Source: Dehalococcoidia bacterium
GTDB taxonomy: Bacteria; Chloroflexota; Dehalococcoidia; Lucifugimonadales; VXLM01
Length of the DNA stretch: 64,000 nt
Direction: 5' to 3'
Assembly: GCA_963662435.1 (NCBI GenBank)
Contig: OY759598.1
Coordinates: forward strand, 2,574,507-2,638,506
Shown: positions 58,523-64,000 of the stretch, piece after piece
Layout: each line of letters begins with the position of its first letter
Position numbering within the stretch: the stretch's first letter is position 1
Position numbers and translations under genes: made by a program
Notes under the pieces: model-generated
What the model saw: only the letters and a program-made list of their open reading frames with translations
Database searches by the model: none
What the model was told of the DNA's origin: nothing

Positions 58523-59896
58523 CTAGTTCTCTAGCGGGGTGTACTCAGAGGCATGTATGAACGATTCGGTTTCGTCATAGGGGGACTCTAACTTAATGGC
58601 GTTAGGATATCCGAATTCATAGTCGAAGGAGACATCAGTGGTGTACTGATGGCCACGGGCCCACGACTCGGCAAGACCCCACATTGTTGTCTCTAGCGTC
58701 GGCAAGTCTGAGCCGTAACCATTCATCTTTTCAGGGTCTATCCTAGACCCGGCGGGCCAGACCTTGCCCGACAGCTCAACATCCTCGACGAAAAACGCTT
58801 CGACGGCCTCTCCGTTTCGCACAACTATCTTTCTGGCAGGGAAGAAGCTACTCCCTCCTCCGACCACACCCGATTCGACATACGAGTAGCTATCCGAACC
58901 CTTCGCCTCCCAAATTAAGCGGTGTCGATCAAAGTAATCCGCACGCACATCATATTCCGACCAGTGTGTTTCTAGGATTGCCTTGATGTTGGCCAGACTT
59001 GCTGGGGCGATCTGGAGTTCGTGACGATTTGCCCCATAGGGGACCACTAGAACACGAAACATCCGCTCGCTATCGGGTACTTCGAGCAACGCATCTGGCC
59101 CTATAAGGGGAAGCCATACCCAACTGGAGTAGAAATCGTTGGCGCCAATACTCCAGGTGGCGCACTGGCCGAAGTCATTACAGCTAAAGTGATCCGCGAA
59201 TCTGTAGTGTGCGCCCGTAGAATTTTCAGGTACAAAACTATGTTCTGTGAACCTGGCGTCGTCTAAGAAGATGATTGCCTCCTGCTTGTTCCACCACTCA
59301 TCGCGCTCTGAGGCAATCCATTTCTTTGCTTCCTCTATTGCTCGGGCTTTTGTGGGCCTTCCGCTATGAGAGGTATACTCAACCACCACCACATCTCCGA
59401 CTGGTGTACCCTTGAGCGGCTCTATGATGCTAAACGAGAAGTGAACATAAGGAAGGTACCTGCGATCAGGGTCGTCGTCATAGGGGTTTGTCCCGAAAGA
59501 CGGCTCAACTGACAAGTACCTTACTCTCGCGATCAAATCTGACCGTCTAGCTTGATTACCTACATTGCGGGGGGCGTAACCGTAGCCTTCTATCTCTCCA
59601 TTCCGCTCAACAGTCTGCCAGTATGGGACAGGTGTGGGGGTAGGCAAGGGTGAAGGTGAGGGAGTGGGCAAAGAAGTAAACAGGGAAGGTGTGGGGGTAG
59701 GCGAGGGTGAAGGAATGGGAGCAGAAGTAAGCGAGGAAGGAGAGGTTGCCAGTTTAGACGATGGGGCGGGCGCATCATCGGGTGAGAGAGCCTGCTGCCC
59801 ACACCCTACTGCTACCAAAATGAGAATACAGACAGTAGGTCGAACAAATCCCACTGCTGTCCTCCTACTACCAAGTCGATGGACAGCGTACCACAA
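58523..59896 (-). CDS. AT-richer P/S/T-linker lipoprotein, C-terminal domain DUF6174-like (start uncertain)
   Basis: Lipobox AVGC; SPSPTPTP linker; W.....SYSY...VRNG...FDYEFGYP. Confidence 0.75.
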   Translation of the reverse strand: MWYAVHRLGSRRTAVGFVRPTVCILILVAVGCGQQALSPDDAPAPSSKLATSPSSLTSAPIPSPSPTPTPSLFTSLPTPSPSPLPTPTPVPYWQTVERNGEIEGYGYAPRNVGNQARRSDLIARVRYLSVEPSFGTNPYDDDPDRRYLPYVHFSFSIIEPLKGTPVGDVVVVEYTSHSGRPTKARAIEEAKKWIASERDEWWNKQEAIIFLDDARFTEHSFVPENSTGAHYRFADHFSCNDFGQCATWSIGANDFYSSWVWLPLIGPDALLEVPDSERMFRVLVVPYGANRHELQIAPASLANIKAILETHWSEYDVRADYFDRHRLIWEAKGSDSYSYVESGVVGGGSSFFPARKIVVRNGEAVEAFFVEDVELSGKVWPAGSRIDPEKMNGYGSDLPTLETTMWGLAESWARGHQYTTDVSFDYEFGYPNAIKLESPYDETESFIHASEYTPLEN

Positions 59897-59988
59897 CCGT
59901 CGCCCGATCTAACCTGCCCACCGTCACCCCCCTTCCCCGTTCATGTTGAGCTGTCGAATCATGAGCCTACCCCCTACCGACACCGCAC

Positions 59989-60017
59989 TTGACGAACAAG
60001 AACATATAATCTATCCT
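59989..60017 (+). promoter_or_regulatory. Sigma70 promoter with degenerate LexA-box-like operator
   Basis: TTGACG-17 bp-TATCCT with AGAAC-ATAT-AATCT in the spacer. Confidence 0.45.
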
Positions 60018-60154
60018 TGCTCTACGACACCAGCGACAGAGATGTCTGGGGCAGTACAAAATGTGAGAGAGTGTCAGGAAATATCGGGGTAAACGTGCCC
60101 CCCTCTCCGACAGGGACAGGCAACCGTGCGATCAACGCCCATCCGCTTTACAAA

Positions 60155-60934
60155 ATGAACAGACAAGAACGACTCAACATCAACCGTGCCGCATGGGACG
60201 CCTACCAGGCCGACTACATGCGGTTCAACCTTGAGGAGCGCCCGGATTTCTTCGAGCGGCTCGGAAAGGGCGAGGTGCTGCTGGACGACGAGCTGGTCGA
60301 GTTGGCTGGCGACGTTTCCGGCCTCGATCTGCTGGACACGTGCTGCGCGTCCGACGCTAAGCAAGCCTTCTCATGGACGAACCTCGGCGCGAAGGTCACC
60401 GCCTGCGATATCGCTCCGACTGCCATAGAGATCGCACGCCAAAACGCCCTGCGTCTCGGCCTTGATGTTACGTTTCACGTCGCCGACGCCCAGACCCTCG
60501 ACCCAATCTCCGACGAGTCACAGGACCTGGTGTTTGCCACCTACCTCGGCTGGTTCGAGGACATCGAGCTTGCGGTCGGCGCCTGGTCGCGCGTCCTCCG
60601 ACCTGGCGGACGGCTGCTCATCGACATGGATCATCCCGTCACCAACATTCTGGAAAAGTCCAACGAGGGGCTAAGAGTCGAGTGGCCCTACTTCGACAGG
60701 TCGCCGGAGACTTACGAATTCACCGGCACGCCCGTTGCCCGTCTCCATGGCGGGTGGGACCGGTCGATGCCCATCACCTGGTTCCACCACACTCTGGCGG
60801 ACGTCTTCAACACATTGGTGACGACAGGTTTTGGGATCGAGCGCGTTATCGAACGGCCATACTTACCGCACGGCGCCTTTGAGTCCTCGGAGCTGCCGGA
60901 CGCAATCTCCATCCTGGCGACTAAACCTCGTTAG
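60155..60934 (+). CDS. Class I SAM-dependent methyltransferase
   Basis: NRAAWD, LLDTCC, ACDIA, VADAQ, VLRPGG..HP; start supported by the duplicated remnant beginning at the same ATG. Confidence 0.85.
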   Translation: MNRQERLNINRAAWDAYQADYMRFNLEERPDFFERLGKGEVLLDDELVELAGDVSGLDLLDTCCASDAKQAFSWTNLGAKVTACDIAPTAIEIARQNALRLGLDVTFHVADAQTLDPISDESQDLVFATYLGWFEDIELAVGAWSRVLRPGGRLLIDMDHPVTNILEKSNEGLRVEWPYFDRSPETYEFTGTPVARLHGGWDRSMPITWFHHTLADVFNTLVTTGFGIERVIERPYLPHGAFESSELPDAISILATKPR

Positions 60935-62256
60935 CCGTACAAGCTCAGGAAGCTAGTCCGTCCGACTTCCATTCCCTTGGTGCCCGTTTCTTCCGCTTTC
61001 GGTAGCGGATCGTCAGCAGGCGAGTACACTCCCAAGCGAACAGCACGACAATGATGTACGGCAGGGCAGACTGGACGCTGGCGTCGACGCTGTTCGTGAT
61101 CCAAGCGATCCCGACGGCCACGATGAGGACGAGAAGAATACGAATGATTCGGCTCGCATATCTCAGGCTGACAGGCATGGAGAGGGCTCCAGCTCAGTGA
61201 CCACCGTGTTGCTATGAAGCAGGTCTTTTCGCCGATCCGGTCGATCTGGTAGTAGATGCTCAGCAGTTCACCCGGCGCGAGCTCCACGGTGGAGGGGTAG
61301 CCAAGGTCGCCGTTTGGCGCGTCGTCCCGCAGGATGATCTCGTTGTCGATGTCCCACGTCCGTCCGCCGTCGTAGCTCAGGCATGCCCGTTGCCCGAACG
61401 GCGAGCGTCGGATGCCATAGGTAGCCAGGATCGAGCCGTCGTGTAGCCTGACGAGGTGTGACGGGTACCCCCACATTGGCGTTGGATGGGCCACCGTCCA
61501 CGTCCTGCCTCCGTCGTCGCTCTCCGACTGTTGCATGAACGCCGCGTTTGGGCGATCCCTGGGAATGTGACGCCACAGGGACACGATGCGCCCGTCGTCC
61601 GTCTCGACGGCGTGCGGCTCTGAGTACGGCATCTGCTCCCTGTGCTCGTCCGGCACGGGGATGCTCCCGATGGTCTGCCACGACTGCCCATCGTCCGTGG
61701 AGCGAACGGAGACCAGTTCCCCGTGCCCCGGCTTGCCGGTGCCCACGTATAACAGGCTCCCGTCACTCAACTCGATGGGACCATGAGGCGACGATGCAAT
61801 ACTCGGCACCGCCGGCTCCCAGCTCTTGCCGCCGTCCATGCTGCGGCGCGTCCAGCTACCGTCCCACCGATCAATGGTCGCCTGACCGATCTTCTTGTAA
61901 TGACGCTCCCATGCGGAGATCGTGTGGTCGTCCGTGCGTCCGCGATAACGCTCGAGGTCCTGCCAGCCGGCCCCCGTGAACCAGCTCATGATGACTATTC
62001 CGGAACTCGTCACGAGCAGCCCCGTATCGCGGTCATCGAGAGGAGTGTTGTTGATGATCTCCGGATCTGACCACGTTTCGCCGTCGTCCGAGCTCCGAAT
62101 GATCTCGTTGACGCCGTATGGGCACCAGTGCGATTCGCGCCTACCGGAAAACACCGCCAGCAACTCGCCGTCAGCCTTCCGCGCGATCGTCCCCCAGCCG
62201 AGGTAATCGTCCGGCTCCTTGCATATGGGCTTGCTCCAGTGGATGGTCGGATTCAC
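60931..62256 (-). CDS. BNR/Asp-box sialidase-like hydrolase; family-like sequence ends near 61195
   Basis: SSDDGETW, SMDGGKSW, STDDGQSW, SDDGGRTW, SYDGGRTW, DLGYPSTVEL...YYQ; last ~85 aa look like non-native read-through. Confidence 0.8.
   Translation of the reverse strand: MNPTIHWSKPICKEPDDYLGWGTIARKADGELLAVFSGRRESHWCPYGVNEIIRSSDDGETWSDPEIINNTPLDDRDTGLLVTSSGIVIMSWFTGAGWQDLERYRGRTDDHTISAWERHYKKIGQATIDRWDGSWTRRSMDGGKSWEPAVPSIASSPHGPIELSDGSLLYVGTGKPGHGELVSVRSTDDGQSWQTIGSIPVPDEHREQMPYSEPHAVETDDGRIVSLWRHIPRDRPNAAFMQQSESDDGGRTWTVAHPTPMWGYPSHLVRLHDGSILATYGIRRSPFGQRACLSYDGGRTWDIDNEIILRDDAPNGDLGYPSTVELAPGELLSIYYQIDRIGEKTCFIATRWSLSWSPLHACQPEICEPNHSYSSRPHRGRRDRLDHEQRRRQRPVCPAVHHCRAVRLGVYSPADDPLPKAEETGTKGMEVGRTSFLSLYG
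60945..61178 (-). CDS. Small two-TM membrane protein
   Basis: Two hydrophobic helices and a basic tail RKRKKR; overlapped by the sialidase read-through frame. Confidence 0.5.
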   Translation of the reverse strand: MPVSLRYASRIIRILLVLIVAVGIAWITNSVDASVQSALPYIIVVLFAWECTRLLTIRYRKRKKRAPREWKSDGLAS

Positions 62257-62337
62257 AGCGGTTTCTCCCCTACGTTTGGTGGAGGCTAAGGATACCCCAT
62301 GCGTGGCGCCTTTGCGATACAGTGACGTGTAGCGGGA

Positions 62338-63999
62338 TCATCGCTCCGTCTCCACGCTAAGGGTCTTGCCGTCGGTGACGAACCCAATTATGCCCCGGTC
62401 TTTCGTCATGAGCACCAACGCTTCAGGCGCGTTGCGCTGCAGGACTTGGACAGTCTCGACGTGTGGATGTCCGAACCGGTTGTCGGCCCCTACGGAGATG
62501 ACCGCCACCGACGGCTGCACTCGCTCTATGAACTCCGCTGAAGACGAAGACCGGCTCCCGTGGTGGGGTATCTTGACCACCGTGCTGCCTACTTCTACGC
62601 CACGCGACAGCATATCCCGTTCGGCCTCGGCGAAAACATCCCCCGTCAGCAGGAAGCTCACGTCTCCATACACGACCCGGAGAACAATTGAAGCGTTGTT
62701 TAGGTCAGAGTCGGTACCCGTCAACAGCCTATCAGGAGGATGCAGCACCTCGACATAGGCGCTGTCGCCGAGATCGATCAGTTGGCCTGCGACGGCCTGG
62801 GTGACGTGCGCACCTTCGTCCTCAATGGCACGGCTCCAATCGCTATATGCGGGTGTCCCGTAATCCACCTCCCGCTCAACGATGTGCCCGACATCATACC
62901 TCCGCAGCACGTCGAGTAGGCCCGTGACATGATCGGCATGACCATGAGTCAACACCACGACATCAAGCGAGCGGTCCCAGAACGGCAGCGCGCTTCCCAG
63001 CAGCCTCGTGGCGTCCTGCGGCCCCGGCCCGCCGTCCACAAGCACCTTGCGTCCTGTCGGCGAGATGATGAGGGCCGCGTCACCATTGCCCACATCCCCG
63101 AACACGACTCTCAGCCGTCCATCCTCGCCGGTCAACGCCGCAGTCCATACGAGCAAAGCGACCAGCACGACAGGAATAGCCAGCCAACTCGGAGTCGACA
63201 TCCCGGGGTTAACCGATGACCGCGCCACGACGCGGGGCCACAGACCGGATAGGAATCCACCACGTCGAGAGACGTACCATGCTGCTCCCGCACCGTAGTA
63301 GCCAATCACCAGCACCGGGGCGATACGTCCCGTCTCGAATGTTGCTGCCGGGAGCTTGGCGGAGAGGTGCACGACCTGCACGATGTATGCCGTCGCACCC
63401 CAGGCAAGCCAGCCGAGTGCCACTCCAAGCGGGTGAAACACGAGACCTGAAATTGCCGCAAGCGTGTGAAATACCAGTGCGAAGGGTAGCAGGGGCAGCG
63501 TGACGAGAGTCGTCGGAAGACCGACCAATGAGATCTGCTGGAAGTAGAACGCCGATAGCGGCAACGTAGCGAGAATGGCCGCCGCACTCGTTCCGATGGC
63601 AATAGCCAGCGCCCGTAGGTGCCACCGTGAAGACACACTCTCCGAATCTGACGCTCCGACGAGGTCTTCCAGCCTTCCGGTAATGGGATCCGACAGGGTG
63701 GCTATCCCGGCCATTGCCGCGAAACTCAGCTGGAACGAAACACTCCAAAGGATGTTTGGGCTGAAAGCAACCATCACCGTCGCGGCCAGGCCGAGAGCAG
63801 GGAGTATGCTCTTCGGGCGACCCAGTGCAAGAGCACCGAGATACACCGTTCCCATGATCGAGGCCCGCACTACCGACGGCGACAGGCCCGCCAACACCGC
63901 GTACGCCCACAGAGCCAGCAATGGAGCGATCAGGTACAGGTGTCTACGTCGACCAAATACCCAAGCACTTACAGGAAGCGCCAGTCCCAACAGGATGCC
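62338..63999 (-). CDS. comEC: DNA internalisation competence protein ComEC/Rec2, 5' end beyond window
   Basis: SPSVVRASIMG, SFQLSF, DVGNGDA, THGHADH, LLTGD, PHHGS, NRFGHP. Confidence 0.93.
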   Translation of the reverse strand, partial: GILLGLALPVSAWVFGRRRHLYLIAPLLALWAYAVLAGLSPSVVRASIMGTVYLGALALGRPKSILPALGLAATVMVAFSPNILWSVSFQLSFAAMAGIATLSDPITGRLEDLVGASDSESVSSRWHLRALAIAIGTSAAAILATLPLSAFYFQQISLVGLPTTLVTLPLLPFALVFHTLAAISGLVFHPLGVALGWLAWGATAYIVQVVHLSAKLPAATFETGRIAPVLVIGYYGAGAAWYVSRRGGFLSGLWPRVVARSSVNPGMSTPSWLAIPVVLVALLVWTAALTGEDGRLRVVFGDVGNGDAALIISPTGRKVLVDGGPGPQDATRLLGSALPFWDRSLDVVVLTHGHADHVTGLLDVLRRYDVGHIVEREVDYGTPAYSDWSRAIEDEGAHVTQAVAGQLIDLGDSAYVEVLHPPDRLLTGTDSDLNNASIVLRVVYGDVSFLLTGDVFAEAERDMLSRGVEVGSTVVKIPHHGSRSSSSAEFIERVQPSVAVISVGADNRFGHPHVETVQVLQRNAPEALVLMTKDRGIIGFVTDGKTLSVETER

Positions 64000-64000
64000 G

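Noticed and set aside
58406..60249. Diversity-generating retroelement TR/VR pair (also considered for 41877/43576)
   Set aside because: Mismatches are not adenine-specific, are mostly synonymous, and no reverse transcriptase is present

Overview
A GC-rich bacterial chromosomal segment. Gene content (alternative complex III, many Pro/Thr-linker lipoproteins, RRM protein, GAAC-N4-GTTC-like boxes, abundant REP/MITE palindromes, TPR/LRR/PD40/WD40/Kelch repeat proteins) suggests Chloroflexota, Dehalococcoidia/SAR202-like and possibly host-associated; this is inference only. Housekeeping genes: yhaO/yhaN-type nuclease-ATPase pair, DtxR/MntR regulator, sxtJ/I/K-like carbamoyltransferase trio, ACIII operon with split ActB and reordered NrfD subunits, a partner-switching operon coupled to a binding protein and histidine kinase, ribF, ffh, holB, comEC and several catabolic enzymes. 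No rRNA, tRNA, CRISPR array or transposase was seen. Most notable unexplained signals: (1) a solitary AT-rich HNH + DGQH(K) ParB/DndB-like gene, a candidate defence nuclease; (2) two tandem cassettes with conserved ends and different cores inserted exactly into a REP at an AGC core; (3) two AT-richer lipoprotein genes each bracketed by 62-96 bp diverged duplicates of neighbouring gene ends, differing mostly at synonymous sites; (4) a ~160-nt structured promoter-to-terminator transcript next to ffh; (5) twin promoters with SOS-box-like operators.
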